Shown here: positions 18,476 to 28,696 of the stretch, in pieces | Layout: every line of letters starts with the position of its first letter | How positions within the stretch are numbered: position 1 is the first letter of the stretch | Sequence record: NZ_CP085281.1 | Strand: one strand, 5' to 3' | Source: a plasmid | DNA length: 64,000 nt | Program-made: the position numbers and the translations under genes | Notes under the pieces: generated by a model | What the model saw: only the letters and a program-made list of their open reading frames with translations | What the model was told of the DNA's origin: nothing | Database searches by the model: none

Positions 18476-19333
18476 TCATCCGCGTGCCTGGCCACCCCAC
18501 CACCAGAGGGCGTTACCGACATGGTGTGGTCCGGGGTGCCCGTCAAAAAGCATGCACGGGGAGGTCGGCGATAAGTCGTCCCTGGACAGCGGGAGCTCCA
18601 ATGGGCAGTCGGGTTCTCGCCGGAACTCACGCAACGAATGAGTGTCGTCCCACACCAGCCATGTTTCATGACCGTCCCCAACGTTCTGGACCGGGTCATA
18701 GTGGGGTCCAGCGTGGCCAGCGGCAAGATTGCACCGCCCCCACAGTCGCGCGGGGTACTCGCCGCCTGGTGTGCTGTCGATAGAGCGCCGTTCCTGAGCG
18801 GTAATCTCCACTGTCTCTGCACACGTCTTCACCGCTGGCCACTCAGAGTCTGGATCATCTGGCTGCCTGCTGCGCGCACGCTCACGGTGCCCAATCGAAT
18901 CCTCTCCCAGGACTTCCAAGGTCTGTTCGACCGGGTCGAGGACTCGGCCCAGTAACTCGTGAGGTGTCGCACGCTGATCTTCAGGCAAGTCATTGATGTA
19001 GACCTGGAAATCGCCCAGCGCCCGCACCGCGCGAATGAGATGCGAACTGACGTGGTTCAGGGTCAGCACCCGCCCCAACTCGCTGGCACCCTCGTTGACA
19101 AAGACTCCTCGACCATGTTGAGCACTGACGAGTCCCTCCGACCGCAACTGCTGAATCGCCTGCCTCACAGTCATGCGCGCGACACCGAAATGCTTCATCA
19201 GCTCGACCTCAGACGGAATCCGCTCACCAGGCTGACACTCGCCCCCACCAATCGCGTCTCGCAACTGGTCGGCGATCTGCCGGTACGGGGGACGATCACT
19301 TATACGGTCGATAGCACCGAGAGCGATCCTCAT
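18476..19333 (-). CDS. GntR-family transcriptional regulator
   Basis: The N-terminal winged HTH is IPSEVELMKHFGVARMTVRQAIQQLRSEGLV. Confidence 0.6.
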   Translation of the reverse strand: MRIALGAIDRISDRPPYRQIADQLRDAIGGGECQPGERIPSEVELMKHFGVARMTVRQAIQQLRSEGLVSAQHGRGVFVNEGASELGRVLTLNHVSSHLIRAVRALGDFQVYINDLPEDQRATPHELLGRVLDPVEQTLEVLGEDSIGHRERARSRQPDDPDSEWPAVKTCAETVEITAQERRSIDSTPGGEYPARLWGRCNLAAGHAGPHYDPVQNVGDGHETWLVWDDTHSLREFRREPDCPLELPLSRDDLSPTSPCMLFDGHPGPHHVGNALWWWGGQARG

Positions 19334-19408
19334 CCGAACTCCTTTGCACTAGTGGCTAATTCGGCACCGATCGGGGATCGCCACCGACTTCGCCGCGCAG
19401 CATCGTGG

Positions 19409-19615
19409 TCATTTCTGAATCACTCTGCCCGGAACGTAGATTCCGCGCCCGGTCATCGACTCCACGGCTTCCCCCACCGCGTCATCGATCGAGTCGTACG
19501 CGAGCGTGTTTCCTAAGCCAATCGTTTCGAATTCCCCATCGTGTATCTGCCGTTCGAGCTGATAGGAAATCCGGTACACCTCTTTCGGCGACTCCTGCTG
19601 CGCCATCACAACCAC
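19409..19615 (-). CDS. Small hypothetical protein (68 aa)
   Basis: Protein-like composition. It lies opposite a 97-aa plus-strand ORF that looks less protein-like. Confidence 0.35.
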   Translation of the reverse strand: MVVMAQQESPKEVYRISYQLERQIHDGEFETIGLGNTLAYDSIDDAVGEAVESMTGRGIYVPGRVIQK

Positions 19616-19737
19616 CCTTCTCTCTTGGTTCTGTGCGCAGAGTAATCCGGTGCACCGACAACCTCCCGCGCTCTCGACATCAGGAATCGTATCACTAATC
19701 GCTACGTTATGTGTCAGTTTCCGCTACGCTACGCAGT

Positions 19738-20223
19738 ATGGGTAGGTACGCCACATCCACCGACGTCGCACCCGACCGGTCGCGCAGCGAGATTGAACGC
19801 ACGCTGCAGCGTTACGGAGCGCGCCAGTTCGCCTATGGGTGGGATGAGAACCGTGCGATGCTCGCGTTCGTCGCCAACGGTCGCCAGGTCCGGTTCGTGC
19901 TGCCACTGCCGGATCGCGACGCGCCGGAGTTCACCAAGACGCCAACGGGCAGGGACCGCTCGGCGAGCGCGGCCAACGAGGCATATGAGCAGGCGGTGCG
20001 GCAGCGTTGGCGTGCACTCGCGTTGGTGATCAAAGCCAAGCTCGAGGCTGTCGACACGGGGATTGTGGACTTCACCAGCGAGTTCCTTGCCCACCTAGTG
20101 TTGCCCGGCGGTGGCGGCGAGACGGTCGGCGAGGCCGTGGTGCCGCGTATCGACGAGGCGTACCGAACAGGCGAACCTCCGGATCTGTTGCCGGCGTTCG
20201 CGCCGCGGGCGCTTCCTCAATGA
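19738..20223 (+). CDS. Hypothetical protein
   Basis: The ORF is trimmed to start at MGRYATS. Its stop overlaps the next start in an ATGA arrangement. Confidence 0.45.
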   Translation: MGRYATSTDVAPDRSRSEIERTLQRYGARQFAYGWDENRAMLAFVANGRQVRFVLPLPDRDAPEFTKTPTGRDRSASAANEAYEQAVRQRWRALALVIKAKLEAVDTGIVDFTSEFLAHLVLPGGGGETVGEAVVPRIDEAYRTGEPPDLLPAFAPRALPQ

Positions 20224-20534
20224 GCCCACGGCGTCGGGGCACGGTTCCCGAGCCGCAGCGGACGCAGCTTCACGATGCTCACCGCACCGCCCAGACAGCC
20301 AGTGCCGAGCTGCGCCGAGCGGTCTGGGCTGCCTATCAGGCCGGTGCGTCGATTCGCGAGATCGCAGGTGAGCTTGGCATGTCCACCAACACGATCCAGC
20401 AGTGGATGAAGCTGGCGCGGGCGCACGACGCAGAATCGGCCGCGACGAGGATGGGCGTCGGCCCCGATGACCAGCATGGAGCTTCAGGCGTTCACGGTGC
20501 CGGATCTGACAAATGCTCGCCGCGCGACTCGTGA
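20220..20534 (+). CDS. Small HTH DNA-binding protein
   Basis: ASIREIAGELGMSTNTIQQWMKLAR is a helix-turn-helix. The likely start MSPRRRG overlaps the stop of the gene upstream. Confidence 0.5.
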   Translation: MSPRRRGTVPEPQRTQLHDAHRTAQTASAELRRAVWAAYQAGASIREIAGELGMSTNTIQQWMKLARAHDAESAATRMGVGPDDQHGASGVHGAGSDKCSPRDS

Positions 20535-20579
20535 TCGACGCTGAGAACGGTCCGCTGAGGTCCACACCGGTCTGGGCGC

Positions 20580-21200
20580 TCAGCGGATGTCTGGGGCCGT
20601 CCCATGGGTGTTCGTTGCCGGGTCGAGCAGTTGTGTTTCGAGGTCGGCGATGCGTCGGTCGAGGAAGCGGTTGTTGGAGCGGGCAGCTGCGAGTCGTTCG
20701 GTGAGGGTGGCGTGGTCCTCGGTGAGCTGTCGTATCCGTTGGCGCAGTGCGGTGTTCTCACTGACGAGGTGTTGCTGGCTCTCTGGTGACCAGGTTTGTT
20801 CGAGATCGCGAATCTGGCCCATCAGCTCGCCGATGCGTTGCCGCTGCCGCTGAATTTCAGCGTTGGTGGTAATGAGCGCTGCTTCGGCGTTGAGCGCGCG
20901 TTCGCGCCATCCCGAATCTGTGGTCCCCGTCGTCGCTTCGGGCGTACCACCGCCCGGGGCGGCGGTTTCGTTGGTGCGGTCGCCGGTGGCGGCGCGGACC
21001 AGTGCACGGGCCCGCGGATTTTCGTAGAGAAAGGTTCGGGACACATTGGCCTGATCAGCGATCGCCCGAGCGGTGATTGGTAGCTTGCGGCGGCGCATTC
21101 GCCGGATTGTGTCGTCGACGCGGGCGACAAGCTGGTCGGCGCGCGCCCGTCTGGCCTTGACTGCCGCGTCGGTACGGGCAGATCCGGTGGTGGCGGTCAC
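20580..21200 (-). CDS. TnpC-like small HTH + coiled-coil protein of a Tn554-like element
   Basis: 206 aa. The HTH is ITARAIADQANVSRTFLYEN and the coiled-coil is NAEIQRQRQRIGELMGQIRDLEQ. Its start abuts the stop of the long recombinase (21197). Confidence 0.55.
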   Translation of the reverse strand: MTATTGSARTDAAVKARRARADQLVARVDDTIRRMRRRKLPITARAIADQANVSRTFLYENPRARALVRAATGDRTNETAAPGGGTPEATTGTTDSGWRERALNAEAALITTNAEIQRQRQRIGELMGQIRDLEQTWSPESQQHLVSENTALRQRIRQLTEDHATLTERLAAARSNNRFLDRRIADLETQLLDPATNTHGTAPDIR

Positions 21201-23818
21201 GCGAGCTCCTCGGTCGGCACGGTGTCGTCGGCGTCATCGAGCTGGGCGAGTTCCTGTGCGCGGAACGCGGTGGCCCACATGCGGTTGAGATAGTCCTGGG
21301 GTCGGCGCATGTCGAGGGCGAGGGCTTCGTCGAGCAGTCCGACTGCGGAGAGCGCTTTTTCGAGTCCGTCGATGGCTTTGTTGGTCGGTTCGAACACCTG
21401 GTGCAGGTAGTCGGCGGTGGCGTCATCAGGTGCTCGTTCGGCGATCGAGCGCCACTGTTCGCGTTTGCGGCGCCAGTACAGCAGGTCTGCTCCGGACAGG
21501 ACGAACTTGTCGCAGTTGTGGCAGTCGAGGTTCCACGGGCACGCGTGGCCGTGGACGACCGGTTGGAAGGTGCAGAAGCCGCCTTCGGCGGGTGTGGAGC
21601 GTCGCGATAGGTCTAGAGCAAGAGCTTGGGCGTCAGTGCGGGTGAGGGTGGTGGTGCCGGCGGAGAGCACCTCACCAGGATGGGGCGCGGCGGGACCGGC
21701 GACCCAGACGTGCTGCAAGATGTCCTCGATGTCGCTGAGCGAGGCCTTCGCGTACCGCTCAGCCATGCGGGGTGAGATCTGGCCGAGGTAGCGCTGGATG
21801 TGGTGCAGCGGCGCGCCGTGGCGCAACAGTTTGGTGGCCAATGTGTGCCGGGCCTGGTGGGTGACGTAGTTGCCACCGAGATCAAGGCTGTCGACCCAGA
21901 GCCGAAACGACCGGGAGTACCACGGGTAGCCCATCGAGGCGGTGCCGTCGGAGTTGCGGAAGTTCGACGGGAACAGTGCCATCTTGTGCCGGTCGCGCGG
22001 TGCGGGTTCGTGACCGTGGTGTTGGACGTACTTCGCGATGGATTTGCGGCGGCGTGTTTCGATCAGCTCGTACACCGATTCGGGAATGCGGATAGCGGTG
22101 TCGTAGTTGCCCACCTTGGTTTGGTCGTGCCAGAGCAGCGGCAGGTCGTTGTGGCGGCCAGTGCAATCGAGGCGCAGTTTGAGCACCTCGTTGGCACGCC
22201 GGCCGGTGGCGATGATGATCGTCCACGCGTCGCGGATGCCGACGTCGTTGGGATCGTAGGCAGCAAGCGCCTGTAGGTTCTGCTCGTCGGCGAGCTGCTG
22301 AGCGACATGGTCGGGGAACGGCCGACGCGCTGGCGACGGCTGGGTGCCGCCGTAGGGTGCGGCGACGATAAATGATCGTGGGATGGCCAGGGTATCCGCG
22401 GCGCCGGTGTCGAGCGCCCACCGCAGAATACGGCGCACACTGTTGAGCGCTTGGCTGCTAGTCACGGTGGTGACGGTGCTGGGTTGTCCGTCGCCGCGGT
22501 GAATGCCCAGCGAGGGCAGACCGTGCTTGACCCGGTGGCGCTGGTCGGCGACGAACCGCTGCATGTCGACTTCGCCCAGCTGAGTCGGGTCGTGACCTCC
22601 ACCGACGGCGTCGGTTTCGAGGAAGGCGCTGAGTTCGACGACGCCGCGGCGCAGCCCATCGATCGGGCCTGCGGTAGCGGGCGGGCTGGGCGCTTGCAAA
22701 AGATCGGCAAGATAGTCCCACAACAGGTTTCGTAGCCAGGGCTGGCTGGCGCCGCGGAGATTGAAGTGGCTACCGCGGTTGGTGTAGCGGATGCCGAAGT
22801 GCTCGGTCTCCAGGAAGCCGGCCTCACGCGTGTCGGCGCGGGTGAAGTACACCAGCCGCAGCTCACCAAGCATCTCGCGGGCGACATGCTTGCGGGGGCT
22901 TCTCTTGCCAGCGTCGAGAACGTCGAGGTCCAGGTCGACCAGCGAAACAAGGTCATGCTCGCGACAAGCATTGGCCAGTGCCTGCACGTATTGCAGATCC
23001 CAGCGGGCCCGGCGCCCTTCGGTGTGCCGATACATACCCCACCGGATCTCGGCCGCGACCAAGGGCCGGAGGCCTAGCAGGTTCACCTGACCGCGCACAG
23101 GATGCGGTTCGACGGTGGCGCACCAGTGGTCGAACGCCGCGCGGTCCTCGCAGCGCAGCGGTGCGCGCTTTCCCTTGGCTTCGTAGCCCATCAGCCACCG
23201 GCCCGGCAGATGCGCGCCGCCGGGCCGGCCGACACGTTTGTAGATGGCGCCGTGCCACCGGCACAAACCGAGCGGGGACTGCGCCAGCTCGGGGCAGCAG
23301 ACGACTCGGCATTCCCCATAGCCGGGAAGCGCGTGCTGCGTGGGCAACCAGTCATCGAGGGTCAGTTCGGGATGGCGCTGCAACGCAAACCGGAACCGTT
23401 CGGAGTGCTGCAGGCACAGCCCGTTCTCCGATCGACGCGCGGGGCGTTCGGGGCAGATCCGACACATCCGTTCATCGGGTGGCAACGCGACCTTGATTGG
23501 TGTTGCGGCAGCGACGAATTCGGGGCGGTTGCCGCCCCGGTCGCGATGGCGCAGCCATTGCTTGTTGTGTTGGTTGCAGAGTTCGTTGCCGTTGGCGCGG
23601 GCAGCTTCGCACTCGGTGACTACGCATCGCCAGCCGAACACCGGATGCAGTGGCGGGAAGCGCAAGACGTCATCCCGAAACACGGGATCGACGCTGGGGC
23701 CCGACAACAGTGTCGTCAGCAGTTCGTGGCGATCGCGGACCTGCCGGCCGGGCTGGTCGATGCGCAGCGGCCACATGCTGTCACCCCATTGGGCGGGCTT
23801 GCTCATGTCAGCCCCCAC
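21197..23818 (-). CDS. Long tyrosine recombinase (TnpB-like) with a Cys-rich N-terminal extension
   Basis: 873 aa. It carries integrase-family motifs (ATGRRANEVLKL, THQARHTLATKLL, MAERYAKA) and an N-terminal CxxC/H-rich region. Confidence 0.7.
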   Translation of the reverse strand: MGADMSKPAQWGDSMWPLRIDQPGRQVRDRHELLTTLLSGPSVDPVFRDDVLRFPPLHPVFGWRCVVTECEAARANGNELCNQHNKQWLRHRDRGGNRPEFVAAATPIKVALPPDERMCRICPERPARRSENGLCLQHSERFRFALQRHPELTLDDWLPTQHALPGYGECRVVCCPELAQSPLGLCRWHGAIYKRVGRPGGAHLPGRWLMGYEAKGKRAPLRCEDRAAFDHWCATVEPHPVRGQVNLLGLRPLVAAEIRWGMYRHTEGRRARWDLQYVQALANACREHDLVSLVDLDLDVLDAGKRSPRKHVAREMLGELRLVYFTRADTREAGFLETEHFGIRYTNRGSHFNLRGASQPWLRNLLWDYLADLLQAPSPPATAGPIDGLRRGVVELSAFLETDAVGGGHDPTQLGEVDMQRFVADQRHRVKHGLPSLGIHRGDGQPSTVTTVTSSQALNSVRRILRWALDTGAADTLAIPRSFIVAAPYGGTQPSPARRPFPDHVAQQLADEQNLQALAAYDPNDVGIRDAWTIIIATGRRANEVLKLRLDCTGRHNDLPLLWHDQTKVGNYDTAIRIPESVYELIETRRRKSIAKYVQHHGHEPAPRDRHKMALFPSNFRNSDGTASMGYPWYSRSFRLWVDSLDLGGNYVTHQARHTLATKLLRHGAPLHHIQRYLGQISPRMAERYAKASLSDIEDILQHVWVAGPAAPHPGEVLSAGTTTLTRTDAQALALDLSRRSTPAEGGFCTFQPVVHGHACPWNLDCHNCDKFVLSGADLLYWRRKREQWRSIAERAPDDATADYLHQVFEPTNKAIDGLEKALSAVGLLDEALALDMRRPQDYLNRMWATAFRAQELAQLDDADDTVPTEELA

Positions 23819-24978
23819 GTCTTGCGCAACGCCGCGTCGAAAACCGGATCGTGCAGATCGGCGTGTGCGTACACCTCGTCGACTGTGGTCGTCGAGGACC
23901 AGCCTCCGGCGTCGCGGGTGACCACCAGGTTGCCACCGGACGCATCAAGGACGGCGGTGGCGAAAGAGTGCCGGAACATGTGCGGCCGGATCCGGCCCAG
24001 ACCCGCGCGGGCACCGGCGCGGCGCAGGACCGCCCGGGCGGCGTCGGGCGCCCATGCAGCGCCGATGTCGTCGCCGTCGAGCTGGACGAGCAGCATGCCG
24101 TGCTCATCGACGACCGCACGGGCGCGTTCACCGGTGACGTAGTCGAAGTAGGTGTGGATCATCGCAGGGCTGACCCGTTTAATCAGGCCGCCGGTGACCG
24201 TGCCGTCCTCGATCGTCCATGGCAGCTTCGTCTTCGCCCGTGCGCCGTTCGGATTGGCCGGGCGGTCGCAAACGTGTACGTGTGGCGATCGGCAGCCGCC
24301 GCACTCCGCACCGTCGCGCAAGTGCAGGTCCATCAGGTGCAGTCCGCACAACTCGCCGATACGGAACCCTCCGTCACATAGCCAGGCCACTACAAGCCGG
24401 TCCCGCGCGGTCCGCACCACCTGTTCCAATTTCGGGCGCGCCCCGTCGGGCAGCATCTTGGGATGGCGCCGACGAATCGACTTCGGCGCCAAGGGATTCG
24501 CGCGCACGCTGGTGGTCACGTGGCCGAGCATCGATCGTTCCCGGTCCGCTCGCGTCGGTAACCGCGTTTGGTCGAGTTCACGGCCCAGCTGCGGGCAGGA
24601 TCCGAGCACTGCGTGGTGCAGGTAGTAGCCCTTGAGGCACGCTGCAGTTGTCTGCAATGCACTGTTGCCGTAGGGACGCTCCCGCCAAGCGAGGCCGTGC
24701 GGGCCGGAGATCTTTGCGCCGACAGCCCCCATGTACCGGCGCAGGTCGCGCACGCTGATCGATTCCAGGTTCAAGCCTTCACGTGCGCACCAGCGCAGAT
24801 GATCGACCAGGTGGTACGCGTACGTGCGTTGCGTGGTGGAGCCGTCGAACTGTCGCAAAAACCCATCCGCGGGCTCGTGCACAGTGCCGTCCGGCCACAC
24901 GATCGTGAACGATCGCCACCCACCCCCGCGGTGCAAGGGCTGAACGCGTAGATCATCGACAATCGCGCGACGAGCCAT
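23803..24978 (-). CDS. Tyrosine recombinase (TnpA-like)
   Basis: It has the RPHMFRHSFATAVL (HxxR) box and the catalytic Tyr context VDEVYAHADL. The ORF track extends the frame to 25398; the start is trimmed here to MARRAIV. Confidence 0.7.
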   Translation of the reverse strand: MARRAIVDDLRVQPLHRGGGWRSFTIVWPDGTVHEPADGFLRQFDGSTTQRTYAYHLVDHLRWCAREGLNLESISVRDLRRYMGAVGAKISGPHGLAWRERPYGNSALQTTAACLKGYYLHHAVLGSCPQLGRELDQTRLPTRADRERSMLGHVTTSVRANPLAPKSIRRRHPKMLPDGARPKLEQVVRTARDRLVVAWLCDGGFRIGELCGLHLMDLHLRDGAECGGCRSPHVHVCDRPANPNGARAKTKLPWTIEDGTVTGGLIKRVSPAMIHTYFDYVTGERARAVVDEHGMLLVQLDGDDIGAAWAPDAARAVLRRAGARAGLGRIRPHMFRHSFATAVLDASGGNLVVTRDAGGWSSTTTVDEVYAHADLHDPVFDAALRKTWGLT

Positions 24979-25182
24979 CTCCGTCCTCCCCGGGTTAGCA
25001 ACCGTGTCGACGGGCAGCATTGCACCGGGCACCGACAACACGCGAAAAGCGCACATAGCTCCGATCGCGAATGCGAGCGTCGTTTGATCGCGAAATTCAG
25101 CGTCCGTCGTCAACTCGAATTGGCTCCAGTTGGGCGGTGCGAAGTGGCCCCACCTGGAGCCGGGTAGGGGGATGCTGGAGGG

Positions 25183-25545
25183 GTGGACGACGACGCGCTG
25201 CGTGAGGCGTTGATCGCGAAAGCGGCAAGCGATCTCGCGCAGTTGTTGACGTGGACCCGCGCCGAGCGGGCGCTGCGCGGTGATGACGATAAGCACGCCG
25301 CCTGGCTCGATGAGTTGCTCATCGGCCTGGAGCCGTTGGCCGAAGGTGTCGATGATGTGCAGACATCCATGGTGATGCGCCGGGTAGTGCAGCAGCATGG
25401 CGGGGAAGGCCCGTGGTCGATCGAGGATATGGCCGCGATGACCGGCCGCGATGCAAAGTCAATCGAGCGGGTGGTGGCTGGCCTGACCGAAGCCGGCGTG
25501 GCCTGCCCCGTCACGCCACCAGACGGTGATGATGAGTCGTCATGA
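25183..25545 (+). CDS. Hypothetical acidic protein
   Basis: 120-aa ORF with protein-like composition. Confidence 0.35.
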   Translation: MDDDALREALIAKAASDLAQLLTWTRAERALRGDDDKHAAWLDELLIGLEPLAEGVDDVQTSMVMRRVVQQHGGEGPWSIEDMAAMTGRDAKSIERVVAGLTEAGVACPVTPPDGDDESS

Positions 25546-26087
25546 TGGCCGGAGAGCACCACTCGCGGACGAAACTGCGGAATTTATACCAGATTTCATA
25601 CCAGCCAGCGGCGCCACGCTCCGACGGTCCAGCCCGGAAGGCACGTCATTGACCAGGCAGTGTTCCGGTTTCTGCACAAAATGCTGAGGGGTCGGCACCA
25701 CATCTGCTCGACTCCCGGGCCATTCCATTCCGGCGTCGCTCCCTCCCCTAAGCTCAGGCGCGCAGTGCGCTCGGGGCAGACGCGCCACCCACGAGCTCGT
25801 CGAGTGCTTGTGAGACGCGCGGGCAAAGGCCGCGGTGGTGGTGTGCTTGCCGGCGGATATACATGACGATGTCTGCTTCGTCGCCAGCGAGCGCCAGGCG
25901 GGCGAGGTGGACTAATACCTCCCCGTCAACTGATTCGCTCTTCCACTCGCCCGCCGCACTACCTGTTGACATGCCCTTTTCCGTTCATTCCGAGTGGACT
26001 ACTTCGCCGCCAGATTCATGCGAGTCGCCCAGTCCTGTGTCTCATCGTCCTGCCGCTGCTGCGGACACGCCGATGTCGAGCACGGTC

Positions 26088-26264
26088 CTATGTCAGGTTG
26101 CGGTCGAGTGCGGCCCGGATCAGTCGTGCATGGTCGCCGTCGCCCCAGGGCTGGATCAACTCCCGAATCTCACGCACCGCACGCTCTAGTTTCTGCTCGC
26201 GAGTGAGCGGCACCGCCGCACCCCGTTGACCGCCGAAATACTTGTTCATATCGTAAAACTCCAT
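26088..26264 (-). CDS. Small hypothetical protein (58 aa)
   Basis: The likely start is MEFYDMNKYFGG..., directly after the stop of a shifted frame of the ATPase upstream. Confidence 0.3.
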   Translation of the reverse strand: MEFYDMNKYFGGQRGAAVPLTREQKLERAVREIRELIQPWGDGDHARLIRAALDRNLT

Positions 26265-26274
26265 TTCACAACTC

Positions 26275-26948
26275 CTTCCATCGAGTGCTGGTGGCTTCCA
26301 ACAGAGCGGGATCGAGTCCAGTCGACGGCTCCCAAGGTCGCACGTGGCGAACACGGTCGGTTAAGGAGTCCGCCGGACGGTTGAGAAGGACCGCGACGAA
26401 CGTGGCGAACACCGTTCAGCGCGGTCGGTAAAGTCGATGATCAGGTGCAGGGGTTCGCGGTTGCGCCAGTACAACGTCTCCAGGAAGTCTGCGGCGAAGG
26501 ATCTACGTTCGGCCTTCCGCATCAGCGATAAGTCGAGTACGACCGGGAATCGCTGTTGGGCAACCAGTTCGGCGACGACTGCACCTTGGTTGGGACGCAG
26601 GGCGATGTCGGCGTGGTCGCCACCGAGGATGATGACGGGGAATCCCGCTTCGCGTCCGTCGGCGGAGGAACGCAGTCCGTGCCAGACGCCGGTGGGGTCG
26701 ATGACGCAGATTAGGCAGCCGGCGTTCATCAGTTCTTCGGCCAGTACCGAGGCGGTGTGGGTCTTACCCCGGCCTTTCTTGCCCAGGATGGCGAAGGTGG
26801 CGGTCACACTGTCCACGGGCATGGTGAAGTCGTCGGCCAGCGCAATTCGCGGCGCTAGCTCGTTCCCGCGTCCGGTGTCTGTCATATCTGTGCCTGTATC
26901 GGTTGACCTGCTCTGATCGGGCTTGCCGTCTTCGAGTATGCCCGGCAT
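26275..26948 (-). pseudogene. P-loop NTPase, apparently frameshifted near 26400 (or a sequencing error)
   Basis: Walker A is FAILGKKGRGKTHT, with DPTGVW and LHLIIDFTD (Walker B-like). The frame breaks just after this point, and the +1 frame continues with protein-like sequence (VFATFVAVLLNRPADSLTDRVRHVRPWEPSTGLDPALL...) to about 26275. Confidence 0.4.
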
Positions 26949-27088
26949 TGGGGTGCCCGAGCGGGTCCGCCGCGGCATGAGTTGTCTCCATCTGGCCGTC
27001 GGCGCCCCGCCGGCGCGGGCGCATCCGTCATGCCTACGGCGCGCGACCGCTGAGCAGGCGTGACGGCATGTCCCGCCAGCCACTTGGG

Positions 27089-27337
27089 TCAGGGGCGCAC
27101 CCGGGCGCGCCGTGACGTCGCGTCGTCGATCGGGACCAGGATTTCGGCGTCGGGGTCGTGCTCAACGGCAGTGACGGCCTGGATCTCGCGTTCCAAGCCC
27201 TGGAAGCCGTCGTCGTCGAGTTCGGCGAGCCGGTTCTCCAGGTCCAGCTCCTCGACGTCGGCGCCGGCGGGGACCTGAACGCGGGCTTTGTGTTGGGAGA
27301 TCTCGGTCCATTCGATGAGCACGGTGCGCATGGTCAC
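27089..27337 (-). CDS. Small acidic hypothetical protein
   Basis: 82-aa ORF. Confidence 0.35.
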   Translation of the reverse strand: MTMRTVLIEWTEISQHKARVQVPAGADVEELDLENRLAELDDDGFQGLEREIQAVTAVEHDPDAEILVPIDDATSRRARVRP

Positions 27338-27442
27338 GGCGTTCCCTTCCAGGGTCGGTGACCGGGCCTACAGGCCCGGCCGTGTGGTGTCGCCCATTCG
27401 CGGGCACATCTCAATTCTACTGTCCAGCACCGACACTCGACA

Positions 27443-27933
27443 CTAGCCGCCGTGCCTTCCGAGGCGTCCCGCGGTGCGCAGCAGTGATGCCGCGACCGCG
27501 CGTTGGTAACCGATCCCCGGTGCGGCCTCGAAGGCATCCAGCACGGCGATGTCGGCTAGGCCTGCCTCGTTGAGCGTGCCGACGGCGTCGGTCAGCACCC
27601 GCAGATAGGCTGCCGGCAGCATGGCGACGATCTCGTTCGGAGGGTCGGCGCGGAGCTGGTCGGCGACGTGCGTGGCGGTGATCGAGCCGGGCTGTCCCAT
27701 CCTGAGGTCGTAGGGCGCGACGACAGTCATGGGGTCGACGAGTCCGTGCAGCGCCGACAGGATCGCGACGTTGGCGCTCCCACCGCAGACGCGTGTCGTC
27801 TCGGTCGCTTCGCAGCGGGCTGCAGCCAACATCAGCGCGAAATGTGCGCTGCGGTAGAGCTTCTCGGCTGGGGCGCGATGGTTCAGTTTGGCGGCTCCGC
27901 AGGCCACCACGATCAGCACCTGGGCGCTCACCG
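27443..27933 (-). CDS. Hypothetical protein with an alpha/beta-fold-like N-terminus (VLIVVACGAAK)
   Basis: The GTG start overlaps the upstream stop in a GTGA arrangement. The ORF track shows a longer ORF running to 28111. Confidence 0.45.
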
Positions 27934-28230
27934 GAAGTCCTTGGAGGCAATGATGGCCGCGGTCAGCGCACGGCACCGCTCGGGGATCGCGACCACGGCG
28001 AGGTCCCCGCAGCGGATCTTGACTTTGCGGCCAGACTTGTCGAGGACCACCCGCACCCAGCCTCCAGGGACGCCGACGACCATGCCGCTGCGTTCCCCGG
28101 CACTGTGCCACTGCGTACCTGGACGGAGGGCCACACGGTCAGCCAGTTGGAATTGGCCAAGCGACGTCGCCCAAGTCAGCTCGCCATCGGGGTCTTGGAC
28201 GGGGGTGTAGAAGCGGTCGTCGAGCGGCAT
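27928..28230 (-). CDS. Hypothetical protein (100 aa)
   Basis: Protein-like composition. Its stop overlaps the GTG start of the next gene. Confidence 0.45.
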   Translation of the reverse strand: MPLDDRFYTPVQDPDGELTWATSLGQFQLADRVALRPGTQWHSAGERSGMVVGVPGGWVRVVLDKSGRKVKIRCGDLAVVAIPERCRALTAAIIASKDFR

Positions 28231-28335
28231 GGTGGGCTCCCCTGGTTCGGGTGTGGTGACCGGGCCCGCGGGCCTGGCCGGCTGGTGTGGTCGACGCGCA
28301 TCGCACTGTCGTTGCGACGTGGCCGCTGCCGCTGG

Positions 28336-28662
28336 TTAGGCGGACAGTGAGGACAGCAGGGCGTAGCTGATGGCGTGGTATTGCCGTTCGGTCATGGGCG
28401 CAGGGGTGCCGCTGGCTGGGTCGACGCCCACGACGATCGCGTCGCCGTAGATCATCGGCACGGTGTGAGGCCCGAGGTCACTCACGCTGGGCAGCAGGGT
28501 CATGGCGGCCATGTTGGGTTCGGCATCGGGGTCGGCCGCGGTGCGGTACCAGAGTTCGATGTTGTGCCGTAGCGCAACGGCGGCGGTCTGCGGACGGCTG
28601 GTCGTGGGGTCGATGTCGACGGTCTGCCACCATCCGCTGGCGGTGATGCGAAGTGCGCGCAT
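28336..28662 (-). CDS. Hypothetical protein (108 aa)
   Basis: Protein-like ORF. Confidence 0.45.
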   Translation of the reverse strand: MRALRITASGWWQTVDIDPTTSRPQTAAVALRHNIELWYRTAADPDAEPNMAAMTLLPSVSDLGPHTVPMIYGDAIVVGVDPASGTPAPMTERQYHAISYALLSSLSA

Positions 28663-28696
28663 GCTGTCTTCTCCTCCTGAATTGAGCGCGATTCTC

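Larger units (their letters stand above)
20580..24978 (-). mobile_element. Tn554-like tyrosine-recombinase transposon module (tnpA-like, tnpB-like, tnpC-like); element ends not defined
   Basis: Two overlapping tyrosine-recombinase genes plus a small third gene. This is the Tn554 architecture. Confidence 0.45.

Noticed and set aside
23102-24381. Plus-strand ORFs (346 aa and 243 aa) inside the Tn554-like recombinase genes
   Set aside because: Arg/Ala-rich antisense ORFs. The minus-strand products carry clear integrase motifs.
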